DNA of 63,236 nt. Source: Octopus bimaculoides (lineage: Eukaryota). Positions 13,480 through 25,580 of this stretch are shown in pieces. The stretch's first letter is position 1, and each line of letters opens with the position of its first letter. Below the pieces are notes generated by a model. The model was not told the DNA's origin. It worked only from the letters and a program-made list of their open reading frames with translations, and searched no databases. The stretch is taken from assembly GCF_001194135.2 (NCBI RefSeq), contig NC_069003.1, positions 13,151,583 through 13,214,818 of the forward strand, read 5' to 3'. The position numbers and the translations under genes were made by a program.

Positions 13480-13571
13480 ATGGAGCTATAGTAGATGCCA
13501 CACAGTGGGACTGAACCCAGAACAATATGATGGGGAAGCAAGCTTCTCACAACACAGCCATGCCTGTGCCT

Positions 13572-13603
<32 letters not shown>

Positions 13604-13790
13604 TTATACATTCGCTCACTCACACACACACACACACGGCCTGCTTCTTTCAGTTTCTGTCTACCACATTCATTCACAAAGCTTTGGTCAGCTTGGGGTT
13701 ATAGAAAATACTTGCCCAAGGTGCTACACAGTGGGACTGAACCCAGAAGTATGTGATTGAGAAGCAAAACTTCTTACCACACAGCCATAC
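13480..13790 (-). mobile_element. CORE-type SINE, two overlapping partial copies
   Basis: Reverse complement of the 6135-6540 family head (CTTGCCCAAGGTG, GGGACTGAACC, CTTACCACACAGCC). Confidence 0.75.
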
Positions 13791-13853
13791 TTGCACCTCT
13801 GTATTATATCTAAATACTTTCTACAACCATGTATCATATCTAAATACTTTCAG

Positions 13854-13916
13854 ATATACCTTTTTAGACTCACCATTTGGAAAATCCACAATTCCATTAT
13901 CAGGAGGAATTCAAAT
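13854..13916 (+). CDS. SLC25 carrier exon (63 bp)
   Basis: tttcAG acceptor and AT|GTAAGT donor. Encodes (A)YTFLDSPFGKSTIPLSGGIQ(I). Phase 2/2 bridges helix 2 to helix 3. Confidence 0.88.
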
Positions 13917-14538
13917 GTAAGTATATTTTGTCTTCTCAACCTTTTTTTTTATTTGCTACTTTTGTAGATTCCCATGACTCTCTGTTGCCATCCAATTCCA
14001 TTATAATGAATTTGAATTGGAAGCTTGACTCATTGTGAATCTTTCATTAGCTGATCACACAACCATGGATACATTACAGTTACTCTCTTGGTGGAGCTTG
14101 GTGATCCAAACTTTTAGGGTTCCTCCACTCAGCATCAATGTAAGAAGAACCATTGGCTCAGTTGAGCTCTTCCATTACCTCTTCACAATCTGCTATGCTG
14201 CAGTCTCATTACTTTGCTGTATCCCTGACAGGGTGACTGGCTGCTGTGTCTTGCCAAAGGGCAGCCCGTAATTATGCAGGACACAACCATCACTCTAGGA
14301 GATATTTTCAAAATACATGCATACCCTAGCTCTTCCACTACCTCTTCACATGTTCTTATTTACCCTATTATAAACATCTGGATTTAGTTTCTTTTATCCT
14401 AAGCTTAGTCCCTAATTTGAAAAATCTTGTCACCTGATGACAAAATTTTATAACAAACCAATAAAAGACTCTGTGATTACTTAACCTGCTAAAAATAGCA
14501 GCCAGATAGCCCTTATATATTACACCCTACCATCTTAA

Positions 14539-14728
14539 CCCTTTAGCATTCAGATTACTCTGTCAAATGTAATGTTTAGTTATTCACATTCCTTTGAATT
14601 AATCATGCATTATTTCATAGCTTTGAGGTTTCAGTGAGATGATTGTTTAGTTTTATAATGACATTGTAGTCTAGATGTGAGAGGCTAGAATATTTGGGCT
14701 GGATATGACCAGTTTAAATGCAAAAGAG
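14539..14728. mobile_element. piggyBac-like MITE (TTAA TSD, CCCTTTAGCATT ends)
   Basis: TTAA|CCCTTTAGCATTCAG...AAATGCAAAAGAG|TTAA. Many related copies (11461-11650, 22113-22500, 43693-44020, 54423-54841, 56641-56849). Superfamily inferred from the TTAA TSD and CCC termini. Confidence 0.75.
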
Positions 14729-15104
14729 TTAAACAATGGGAGACGCACACACACAGCATTCATACATATACTATTCTTGAAGAGAAAGAGAGGATGGTTG
14801 CAGTTAGAACACCTTTGATCAGTCATATAATGCTCAATCAGCCAAATGATTAAATAATATTGAGGTCAGGTATCTGCTCTAGATATGACTCATGTATCAT
14901 AGCGTCTTTCTATCTTTTGAGGTAGCTACTCACATAGTTGTTTGACCTGCTAGAAACAGGAGCAAAATCTTCATTGATTCACATTCTACCATCTTAGAGC
15001 TAGACACATAAAAACATGTAGAGATAATGTTTTTCTGGATGCACTATGCCAGGAGAAAAAGACAAGACAATCATGGCTGGAAGATCTTGTGATAGTAGAT
15101 AATG

Positions 15105-15445
15105 GTAAAGACCCCCATCAGTCATGAATGACCGTTAGATTACAACTAGAAAGTTCTCCTTCAAGGCACAAGTCTGGGCAAGGTTGTTTATGGAAGACCA
15201 GCAGTCACCCATGCATACCAACCCTGCCACTCTCCATGCCACCACTGTTATCCAAGGGAAAGGCAAAGGGGCCGATACAGCTTGGCACCAGTGACATCGC
15301 AACTCATTTCTACAGCTGAGTGAACTGGAGCAATGTGAAATAAAGTGTCTTGCTCAAGAACACAACACACAGCCCAGTCTAGGAATCAAACTCACCTACC
15401 TCGTGATTGTGAGTCCAACGCCCTAATCACTGAAGATCAATGTGA
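15105..15445 (-). mobile_element. tRNA-derived SINE, second family
   Basis: Reverse complement of 20062-20390 (TTGAGCAAGACACTTTATTTCAC, TGCTCCAGTTCACTCAGC, GGTCTTCCATAAACAACC). Confidence 0.8.
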
Positions 15446-15946
15446 ATAAATAAGCATAATATTTGACAGAGTAATCTTAATGTTATAGGGTTAAAAGCAT
15501 AAAGATTTTAATAATAAAAAAGCACCTAAAAAAAATCAACAGTGAAGTGGAAAAATCACATAAAATACACATGAAAATATGTACAGACCATTTATTAAAA
15601 CAGATGTGGGTTAATAAATTTTTTTAAATGTTTTTTCATGTGACATTTTTCAAGTGAGGTCACACATCTTGGAACCAGTTAAGGACATAACTTGACATAT
15701 ACTTGTATTAAATACAAATTTCAGCAGAATTCTGGTGTAAGCACCCCCATATAACCCCACATAAATTTTCTATTTTTTGGAAAACTTTTGCGAATTTGTG
15801 TTCTCCACACAGGAATTCATGTGGTCATCAGAAAGAAAAAAAAACGTTTCTTGAGCCCACTTTACTAGATCCCCTCCACCCACTCCCCCATTAAAATTAA
15901 CTCAGTTTCTATTGTTAACCATTTTTTCCTAATTTCCAATCCTCAG

Positions 15947-16019
15947 CCGAGTGTTACTGGCCGGTGCTTGTGCCGCTACTGCTCGTGCAGTCATTGAAAC
16001 ACCGTTAGAATATGCCAAG
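15947..16019 (+). CDS. SLC25 carrier exon (73 bp)
   Basis: cctcAG acceptor and AAG|GTGAG donor. Encodes (I)RVLLAGACAATARAVIETPLEYAK with the second motif PLEYAK. Phase 2 in, phase 0 out. Confidence 0.93.
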
Positions 16020-16073
16020 GTGAGATAACTTTTACTTCTATTCTCTTCCTTTCTCTCTTGTTTGTAAGTCTAA

Positions 16074-16515
16074 TGCTGCAAACTCATCTGGGTGTATTTA
16101 CACCATTTGTCTACATCGAGGAATTTTCTCCATGACAAAACACAGTGAATGGCTTATTTATGAGTTTGAACATGCCACTGGCATATTCAAACTGCACATC
16201 ACTGATTAGTGCTCCCCCTCCGTAATTTGCTTCTGGTGAGCCACTGCGTAGCACTAATCAGCAACTGTATGGTGACTAAAATAGCATAAGAGAAGCAATC
16301 TCTTTTATCAGTTCGCAGCATCCCCTGCCTAGTGTCTGACTGAAGAGGAGATAACCATTCCAAAATGCTTGCATTTCACAGTCTAGATAGGTGGTACTAC
16401 AAACTTATCTAGGTGGATTTACACCATTTGTCTACAGCAAAAAATGTTCTCTATGTCAAAACACAGTGAATGGCTTATTTACAAGTCCAAACATGCCACA
16501 AGCATATTTGAACTG
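16074..16515 (+). mobile_element. 321-bp-period direct repeat enclosing a hammerhead-like motif (retrozyme-like or PLE-derived)
   Basis: About 121 bp at 16074-16194 recurs at 16395-16515. CTGAAGA...(G>A)AAA core lies at 16340-16365. Confidence 0.55.
16329..16386 (+). ncRNA. Decayed type I hammerhead ribozyme motif
   Basis: tga CTGAAGA gga-gataaccat-tcc AAAA tgc-tt-gcat t tca. Stem II GGA/TCC, stem III ATGC/GCAT and stem I TGA/TCA are present. G12 is mutated to A. Confidence 0.5.
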
Positions 16516-16619
16516 GTGATAACATTGCAGTAACATAGTCTTGTACTCTCTTACAACTGTGCAGCAACTCTCTCTTTTAACTTATACTCCTCTGCTCTCT
16601 CTCTCTTTCTCTCTTTTGA

Positions 16620-16930
16620 GATAGCAAGCAGCTGCCTTGTCGCATGCTCTTGGATTTCCTCAACATCTTGAAATCTTATTTCTTTCAAAAGAAATCTGAT
16701 TTTTGCCTTGATTCCAGGGTTCTAACCATAGACCCACAATTTGTCACCTGTTATGAATGTCTTCAAATAAGTTTCTGTCTTCCTCAACACACTCAAAGGA
16801 GACCCTGCACAGCTGAAGCCCAATCTTCTTTTTGAGACAACCACACTCTACACACTTCTCCTCCAAACAACAGGAGTGAGTGAGAATGATGTAGCTTAGT
16901 GTGCATGCAGGACAGAGCTGAAGGTCAGTC
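16620..16930 (-). mobile_element. Internally deleted mariner transposase relic
   Basis: Minus strand reads KTFITGDKLWVYG*NPGIKAK joined to RFQDVEEIQEHATRQLLAI (first catalytic Asp motif fused to the C-terminus). Confidence 0.7.
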
Positions 16931-17139
16931 TGAGCCAAGCAGCTTCACATTGCATACTTTAGCTCTGTTACCAATAGCAACAGACCTGATACTTTTTAAT
17001 CGGATCTCATATATTTGTGAGGCAAAAATTTTAAGTTAACCTGACATTTCCTAAAACACTTTTACTCTGAATGACATAATACCCCTTTCATGAATGTATA
17101 ACACTTAGCTAGTGTTGTGGTGGATAATATTCTTTTTTA

Positions 17140-17560
17140 CTCTAGGCACAAGGCCTGAAATTTTGGGGGAGAGGACCAGTTGATTAGATCAACCCCAGTA
17201 TGCAACTGGTACTTGATTTATCGACTCCAAAAGGATGAAAGGCAAAGTTGACCTTGGTGGAATTTGAACTCAGAGCGTAAAAACAGAGGAAATACCACTA
17301 AGCATTTCGCCCGGCATGCTAACATTTCTTATTTCTTTCTTACCCACAAAGGGCTAAACATAGAGGGGACAAACAAGGACAGACAAAGGGACTAAGTCAG
17401 TTACATCGACCCCAGTGCAAAACTGGTACTTATTTTATTGACCCCGAAAGGATGAAAGGCAAAGTCGACCTCAGCAGAATTTGAATTCAGTACAAAAAGA
17501 CAGACGAAATGCCACTAAGCATTTCGCCCGGCATGCTAACGTTTCTACCAGCTCGCTGCT
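17140..17560 (-). mobile_element. Two tandem SINEs of a third family (Meta-domain-like)
   Basis: ACTGGTACTT-ATTT-ATCGACCCCGAAAGGATGAAAGGCAAAGTCGACC core. The same core occurs at 26010-26335, 27250-27460, 34400-35180, 38705-39100 and 58840-58985. The Meta-domain label is from memory. Confidence 0.75.
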
Positions 17561-17703
17561 TTTGTGGTACATAATATTGAGGCAAAGCAGTGTTGAGGTG
17601 GGCCGAATAAAGTGATTTGGTGCAGCTGTTTGGATGCTGAAGATTTGGATTGGCTAACTGGACATTTAGCCTGTTTAGGCAACAGTACTTTCTGATACTG
17701 GAC

Positions 17704-17734
<31 letters not shown>

Positions 17735-20061
17735 GCTTCATTAGATTGTATTTTTACTGCAGAAAACTATTTTATATACCAATCTGTCTTTTGTTGAAGA
17801 ATGTCATAAACAAAACTATTTACTGTTGAGAAATGTCAAGCTTATTGAGGCAACAGGACTTGCAGAAAATATCAATTCTATTCTTTGACAAAAGGGACTA
17901 ACAGAATAAGTATTGGGGTCAATTTGTTCAACTGAACCCTTCAAGGTGGTGCCCCAGCATGGCCACAATCCAACGACTGGAACAAGTAAAAGATATTGTA
18001 ATGTTTCCACTTGTTCACTGCCTTAGACTGGTATTTTGTTATTAATCCCAGAAAGATAAAAAACAAAGTTGTCCATAGCAGGAGTTTGAACTCACAAAAC
18101 GAGATGCTGTAATAAATTCCAGACTGCATTTCATTCAATGCTTTAACACGTCATCTTTTAATCCTTTTGATGTAAAAAAAAAATCAGATATATTTATTCA
18201 AAATTTCATTATCTTTGACTGCCAAAAGCAGTTTTATATACCAATCTGACTTTTGTTGAGGAATGTCCTAAATAAAACTATTTTCTATTGAGAAATGTCA
18301 AGTTTATTGAGTAGACAACATAACTTGCAGAATATGCCAATGTTTTGGCAAAAGAGACCAATAGAATAAGTATCAGGTTTAGAATTAAGTACTGGGGTCA
18401 CTTTATTCAACTGAACCCTTGAAAGTGGTGCCCCAACATGGCCACACATACAGAAATATACACATAAGCAGAAAGAGTGAGACAGACAGACAAGCATTAC
18501 AATTTATTAATTGAATGCAGTTGACATAAACACGTTCCCCTCACATGAACTTTCCCATAAACAGGGAGAGAGAGAGAGAGACATTGAAATGTCTGCTGTC
18601 AAATAAGACAATGTGGAATTAGCAACGCCAAATAAGTGGCACCAAAACATCTCATACCTTTTGTTGAGATTGTCATGTTTGAAACTAATTTTTTTGTTGA
18701 GATTTGTCAAGTTCACTGAGGCAATGTGACTTGCAGAAAATGCCAATTCTATTTCTTGGTAGATATTTAACATCATTACCGGAATAATGATGAAATTTAA
18801 TTTTGAAGTGAAAGGGTTAACAATTACAGTGTAACAAAATTTAAAATTTTATTTTTTGCCTTTAGTGTCAGTAAGTGGTATTTCTTATTTGCTTCTATCT
18901 AGAAATCAAAGGAAATCACTTCTATTTCCTTCAAACTTTGTTTTTCTGCCCTGGACATCAATGTTTTGAAACTAATCTATTTTCCATAACATTTCAGCAC
19001 AGATTCAACACTGAGCTGCTGAAGCAAAAATGTCGTTATAGCAAATATTCTGCTCAATACCACGGATTTGCTTGTCAGTTACTTGACTTTAATCACTTGA
19101 GTATGCCCCTTAGGGGCTGACAATCTGTGCATCTCTGATCACGAGTAGGAGTAGTGTGGAAGCAACATAGCCATGTGTTGAGGGATTGAATAAATATAAC
19201 AAAACCTAAGTTTGGAAGAAATATTAGCCATTTTTCATTCTCTGTAGGGGGTAAATAAATAGGGAACAACAATTGCCACCCAAGGACAAAAATCATGTTA
19301 CACAGTATTATATTTGTTTCTTGTTTTTGTTTTTCTTTTGTTTTTTTTTTCTTCCTTATATTTAATGGCAAAATTTCTTTCTCTTCTCCATCTCTGCTGC
19401 TGATGTTGATGATTCTATTACAACCAATCGTTGCATTTTAACCTAAAAACACTCTTCTTACTGTGCCGTTTCACTGGACTTAGCAGCGACATTCTTCAGC
19501 ACCTTGAGTCTCAGATTTTCGGTATATTCTATAAATATCTCCCTTCTTTAAATCCCTGCCTTAAATATTCTCCATGTCAACCAAAAGTTACCATCAGTAA
19601 AAAAGTAAGGGAAGAGAGTAACACCAATTAACTATGAGGAGCCATTGTGGTGGAATTCTGGTTCAATCACACCATATTACTCCTCATAATGTTTTTATTT
19701 TTTGGCAATTTTCAGAAAATTTTTGCAAATTTGTATCCTACACATGGGAATTCATATGATTGTGCAAAAATAAAAAAATTAATTTTTTTGTTTTGTCTGA
19801 TTTAAGAGCTATTTAGCTATTATTTTTAGCACAATTCACGACTACCTGATACCTCCCTCATTATTTTTGTCAGTCTCAAAATTCCCCAAAATAAAATAAG
19901 TTATGAGGGGTTATATGGGGTGCTTAAAGAAGAATTCTGCTACCATTGTAATGTTTTAATTAAGTATTCTGTGCACCTTACTATTGATATCTGGCAGAAT
20001 CAGTAGCCTGCTGGGCAAAATGTCTTGCAGCATTTCGTTCACTTTCACATTCTTTGTGAAG

Positions 20062-20390
20062 GTATATAGCTCAGTGGTTAGAGCATCGAGATCACAATCA
20101 AGAGGTAGTGAGTTCAATTCCCAGACTGGGCTGCGTGTTGTGTTATTGAGCAAGACACTTTATTTCACTTTGCTCCAGTTCACTCAGCCGTAGAAATGAG
20201 TTGCGACATCATTGGTGCCAAGCTGTATCGGCCTTTGCCTTTCCCTTGGATAACACTGATGGCAGGGAGAGGGGAGGCTGGTATGCATGGGTGACTGCTG
20301 GTCTTCCATAAACAACCTTGCCCAGACTTGTGCCTCAGAGAGGAACTTTTAGGAGCCATCTCATGGTCATGCAAAACCAAAGAGAGTCTT
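20062..20390 (+). mobile_element. tRNA-derived SINE, second family
   Basis: A box TAGCTCAGTGG and B-box-like GAGTTCAATTCC run straight into the SINE body. Related heads at 26430-26750(-), 50230-50470 and 52230-52490. Confidence 0.8.
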
Positions 20391-21234
20391 TACCCTTCAC
20401 ATTCTCAGTTCAAATGCTGCCAGGATCGATTATGCCTTTCATTTTTTTGAGCTCGATAAAATAAGTTGCATTTGAGCACTGGGGACAATCTAAATGACTT
20501 AGCCCCTACCTTGAAATTGCTGGCCTTGTGCCAAAATTTGAAACCAATATTTATTGACAGTAAACCATAACACATAGATCAGAATTGGGCCCGTAGACTT
20601 GTGGGGCTCGCGGGAAACTGCCCAATGTACCCATACCTTAAAGCAGTACTGCAAGCGGGTAGGAAAGGATCTACAAGAGGCACACAAGTATAAAAATAAA
20701 ATGCTGGGGAGGGCGTTGCGATTGCATAATTAAGAACTGAAAGTTTATTTCTTTAATGTTAGCAAGGGACATAACTTTGAACCCTGCTAATCTCATTCAT
20801 TTTAAATAACAGTACACCTGTTTAGGTAATAGTGCAAACANNNNNNNNNNNNNNNNNNNNNNNNNNNNNNNNNNNNNNNNNNNNNNNNNNNNNNNNNNNN
20901 NNNNNNNNNNNNNNNNNNNNNNNNNNNNNNNNNNNNNNNNNNNNNNNNNNNNNNNNNNNNNNNNNNNNNNNNNNNNNNNNNNNNNNNNNNNNNNNNNNNN
21001 NNNNNNNNNNNNNNNNNNNNNNNNNNNNNNNNNNNNNNNNNNNNNNNNNNNNNNNNNNNNNNNNNNNNNNNNNNNNNNNNNNNNNNNNNNNNNNNNNNNN
21101 NNNNNNNNNNNNNNNNNNNNNNNNNNNNNNNNNNNNNNNNNNNNNNNNNNNNNNNNNNNNNNNNNNNNNNNNNNNNNNNNNNNNNNNNNNNNNNNNNNNN
21201 NNNNNNNNNNNNNNNNNNNNNNNNNNNNNNNNNN

Positions 21235-21268
<34 letters not shown>

Positions 21269-22112
21269 ATCTCGATGTTCAACTGTTAGTAGTAGTAAAG
21301 ACGTTTAGCTGATATATTCCAGCCATTTAACTATTAGTAGTAATGATGTTTAATTGATATAATCCAGGCGTTTAGCTGATATAATCGAAATAGTAAACCT
21401 AGTCCTTTAGTCCCCCTAGTAGGGTCCACTCTGTTATAAGCATTCAGACCCACTCTCCACCTTGAAGATAGCAAGATCTTCCAGTAGTCCCAATGCTACC
21501 TTTGGAAACTCCATAAAAAAGAAAAATGGCAGCTGTAACCATAGGCGCAGGCATATCTGTCAACACATGTGGTTCCAGGTTCAGTCGTGCTGTATGGCAC
21601 CTTTGGCAAACGCCTTCTAATATAGGCTCTGGCTGACCAAAGACTTGTGAGTGGATTTAATAGGTGAAAACTGAAAGAAGCCTATTGTATGTGTGTGTGT
21701 GTCTGTTTTTGTTCCCTACTTCTACTTGGCAACCAGTGTTGGTGTGTTTACCATAACTTAGCAATTCAGCAAAAGACACCGATAAAATAAGTACCAAGCT
21801 TTAAAAAAAAAGTACTGGAGATAATTCATTCAGCTAAAAAAAATTACTGAGGCAGAGCCCCAGCATGGCCACAGTCTACTAACTGAAACAAGTAAAATGA
21901 TAAAACAGAAAAGATTTTTTTTTAAAAGCCCAGAAAAATACAAACATTTTACTATTTCACTTCAGATATTTCATTACTAGAATCCTAAGTTTTGAGCCAA
22001 GTGTTAAATAATTACAGTTATTATGTATTAATAACCAATTGAATTACCAATATTTATCCAGCTTCCATCTAATCAGGTTGAACACAGCCAGCATCTGGTT
22101 GATTCAGTTTGA

Positions 22113-22500
22113 CTCTCTGGTATTCAGATTCCTCTGTCAAATGAAATGCTTATTTATTCACAATGTTTTGAATTAATCATGCTTTATGTTGTAAGTTTGA
22201 GATTTTGATGTGATTGTTGATTTTTTAGAATAACATTGAAGGGTGGGTGTGAGATGCTAGAAATGGCCAGTTTGAACTTAAAACAGAATATTTGGGCCAG
22301 ATCAAATACCAAAGGGTTAACCTTTTAGCATTTAGACTGGACAGATCTAGCCTCATACTCCTACATTACAATATCATTCTAAAAATAATCAGTCAATATC
22401 ATCAAAATCTCAAAAGCCACATGATTATGCATGATTAACTCAAAGCAATGTGAATAAATAAGCATTACATTTGACTGAAATAATCTGAATGCTAAAAGGT
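22113..22500. mobile_element. Inverted dimer of piggyBac-like MITEs sharing one TTAA (22317-22320)
   Basis: Forward copy ends AAAGGG|TTAA and the reverse copy starts CCTTTTAGCATT. The bodies are reverse complementary. Confidence 0.75.
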
Positions 22501-22807
22501 GTTCAGCTCTTCTAGCTAGGTTTACTCCCACTTTTTATTATTGAAATATGGTATTTGAATGCATAAAAGATGGAATCCTAATTTCAAGAGCACATATTCA
22601 GGAAAAAAAACTATTAACGACAAAATTAGTTTATAAGAGGCCCAACTTTTTGTGTACAGGACATTTTTTGCGGGGGCCCAACTTTTTGTGCACAGGACAT
22701 TTTTTTGCGGGGGTGGGAGGAGTGCATTTTATATGCCCTCAAATATGGTATGCCTTAATTCTGACCGCCTACCTAAAAATTTGTTCTGGTTTTCTCCTCT
22801 TCTGCAG

Positions 22808-22855
22808 GTACGTGGTCAAGTAAACAGGTCTTGGAAACTAAGGCACATTTACACA
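22808..22855 (+). CDS. SLC25 carrier exon (48 bp)
   Basis: tctgcAG acceptor and ACA|GTAAG donor. Encodes VRGQVNRSWKLRHIYT. Phase 0/0. Confidence 0.88.
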
Positions 22856-22922
22856 GTAAGTTCTGTCTTTCATTTCTTTCTTTCTGTCTGTCATACACTT
22901 TTCTTTTTTTTTTTTTTCACTA

Positions 22923-23310
22923 GGCGTAGGAGTGGCTGTCAAATGAAATGGCTGTGTGGTAAGTAGCTTGCTTACCCACCACATGGTCCCGGGTTCAGTC
23001 CCACTGCGTGGCATCTTGGGCAAGTGTTTTCTCCTGTAGCCACAGGCTGACCAAAGCCTTGTGAGTGGATCTGGTAGATGGAAACTGAAAGAAGCCCGTT
23101 GTATATATATGTTTGTGTGTCTGTGTTTGTCCCCCCAACATCGCTTGACAACCGATGCTGGTGTGTTTATGTCCCCGTAACTTAGCAGTTCGGCAAAAGA
23201 GACCAATAGAATAAGTACTAGGCTTCTAAAGAATAAGTCCTGGGGTCGATTTGCTCAACTAAAGGCGGTGTTCCAGCATGGCCACAGTCAAAAGACTGAA
23301 ACAAGTAAAA
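22923..23310 (+). mobile_element. CORE-type SINE, well preserved
   Basis: Closely matches the copy at 43178-43586. Confidence 0.9.
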
Positions 23311-23398
23311 GAGAGAAAGGTCTTTACCCATCACTCTGCTGCTGATAAAAATGTTTGTTAATCATGTGCGTACATTGCTTTAATAGTAAACTGTTATA

Positions 23399-23606
23399 CG
23401 GTGTGTGGGGCTGAAAAGTTCCTGGCTTTAAAGGTATCGTGAAAGGTCTGGTTGGAAGCCCAACCTCCCAAGCCCTTTTACAGGGCTTAGAAAAACTGAA
23501 GGACTATTGGAAAAAGTGTGTGAATCTGAGAGGGGAATATATTGAATAAAATCATAATTGACTGATCCTCTTTTACCCAAAGCCAGGAACTTTTCAGCAT
23601 CCCTCA
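23399..23606. mobile_element. Mariner-type MITE copy
   Basis: Same TIRs and body as 9180-9394, flanked by TA. Confidence 0.75.
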
Positions 23607-24357
23607 TACAGTGAAAGTTTCATTAATTACTATGGTAACAACTGTCTATCTACCTATCTATCTTTCACCCACACACGTTCTCTTTCTCTCTCAACAACAA
23701 CCTGTCATTATAGTAAAAGTTTGTTTTTTAAAGTATGTGTTGCATTGTCTCTATGTTGGAAGACATACAGAAATACACACACACAAACAACCCCAAAAAT
23801 AACTATTTTGTTATATAGTTTTTTGTTTGTTTGTTTTTTAAGTTATGTTGCATTGTGTTGACAGACTTGCACCTAAAATTTCTACATTTTTAATCAAAAC
23901 TTGTTAGTAACTATGGTGACAACACTTTCTGTTTGTCTATCTTTCACACACACTCTCTCCCTCCCTTTCTCTCTCTCTCACTGTATTTCTCTCTTGACAA
24001 CAAATTTTTCTCTTCCCCTTCTAAAAATACATTGTGATGTATATTTTGATTCCTCCCCTTCTTTCGCTCCCTCTAATACATGTGACAGATGGAGATCCAC
24101 TTCTCTTTTACAATATAAGATTTTTTATATCGTTCCTTTCATGTGAAAGCACATGGTTAGGTGGTTGATCTCACAACTGTAAGGTTAATAGAGAGGAGTC
24201 TTGCACACTTCTGGCATATTTTTTTTCTCTTTTTACATTCTTTCCAATATTATTGTCTCTGTGTTTGTACCCATCTCAGTGTGTGTGTGTGTATGTATGT
24301 ATGTGTGTGCCCACCATTCAGTCCCTAATATCCATCCTTTTGTCTTCTCTGTTGCAG

Positions 24358-24566
24358 GGTTTTGGTGTGACGTGTTGTCGAACCCAGGGCTTGCTCTGTA
24401 CATATTTTATGCTTGTTGATTCCGGCCGAAGACATTTCCCAGAACAGTTCAAACGTCCCATTCTTGGACCATTTCTCACATCTGGTATAGCAGCTACTCT
24501 AGCCTGGTGGATAGTTTGGCCCTTGGAGTACATGAAATGCCAAGTACAGTCTGGTTACGGCAGTCA
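24358..24566 (+). CDS. SLC25 carrier exon (209 bp)
   Basis: gttgcAG acceptor and CA|GTAAGT donor. Encodes GFGVTCCRTQGLLCTYFMLVDSGRRHFPEQFKRPILGPFLTSGIAATLAWWIVWPLEYMKCQVQSGYGS with the third motif PLEYMK. Phase 0 in, phase 2 out. Confidence 0.94.
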
Positions 24567-25399
24567 GTAAGTCACAACTCTAACAGTCACCATCCTATCA
24601 TCACCATCATTGTCATCATCATCACTGGTATCATCATCATCATCACCATCACCATCATCATTATCATAAGTGCTCCATCATGGTCATAGCCTACTGGTTG
24701 ATGTTAGTAAAAGAGTAATAAAATATCAGAATGGGAATGCAGGTGGTGTAAACTGGTTCTGTCAAACCAAATTTTCGAATTCTTGACTTTATGTTCTGTA
24801 ATCCCACACACCAACCATTTTACCAAATACAGACAAGCAAGAGGAAGAGAATGGCCTTTATATGGATGCTTGACCTGCAAGAAATAGCCATCAGATCTCC
24901 TTCAATTTAAGAGTGACAGTTTAACCCTTTTGGTACCAACCTGCTTGAGGCTGCCCTTGGTTCTATGATACAAACATTTTGTTTTGAAGAGATCTAAATT
25001 TAAAAGCTTCCATCATAATTTCATGGGAATCTTATGTTCCAAGCACTAACTTAATAATGACAAGAGTTATTTTACTAAATTTTTATTTTCGCAATTAATT
25101 GAAACAATGGCAATATATTTCAACAGAAATATGGTAATGAAAGGGTTAATCCATTGCACAGTTTAAAGGGATCCTTTAGCAGAATCTATTCTGTTGCAAA
25201 CATTCAGGCCAGGTCTTTTCTCTGAGGATAACTTTGGCCCTTTCTGCTCTTGCTAGTCGCAAAGGCTCTGAAAAATGGTCATAGGAACTGCCCTTTTCTC
25301 CCCCAACAAAATCATCAAACATGATCTCATTATATAAGCAATGTTTGATGTCTTTATTGCTATAATTTTTTTAATCTTCTCTATTTTTTCTCTCTTCAG

Positions 25400-25574
25400 G
25401 CAAATCTCTGTGATTAACCGAATGAGGAATATCATAAGAGATAAAGGTGGGTTTTTTGCCCTCTATCGTGGAATATGGCCCGGAACCATCCGCAGTTTCC
25501 TGGCCAATGGTATCAGTATGATTGTGATGGCTAATGCTCAGAAGAAAGTCTCAGAGTGGGGCCTGCGCAATTAG
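25400..25574 (+). CDS. SLC25 carrier terminal coding exon
   Basis: tcttcAG acceptor. Encodes (Q)QISVINRMRNIIRDKGGFFALYRGIWPGTIRSFLANGISMIVMANAQKKVSEWGLRN* with the LYRG motif and helix 6. Confidence 0.94.
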
Positions 25575-25580
25575 TGTGAC

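Noticed and set aside
19455-19510. Minus-strand CTGAAGA...GAAA hammerhead-like motif
   Set aside because: Stems I and II do not pair convincingly.
20062-20135. tRNA genes at SINE heads
   Set aside because: A/B boxes are present but no cloverleaf could be folded, and each head runs directly into a SINE body.
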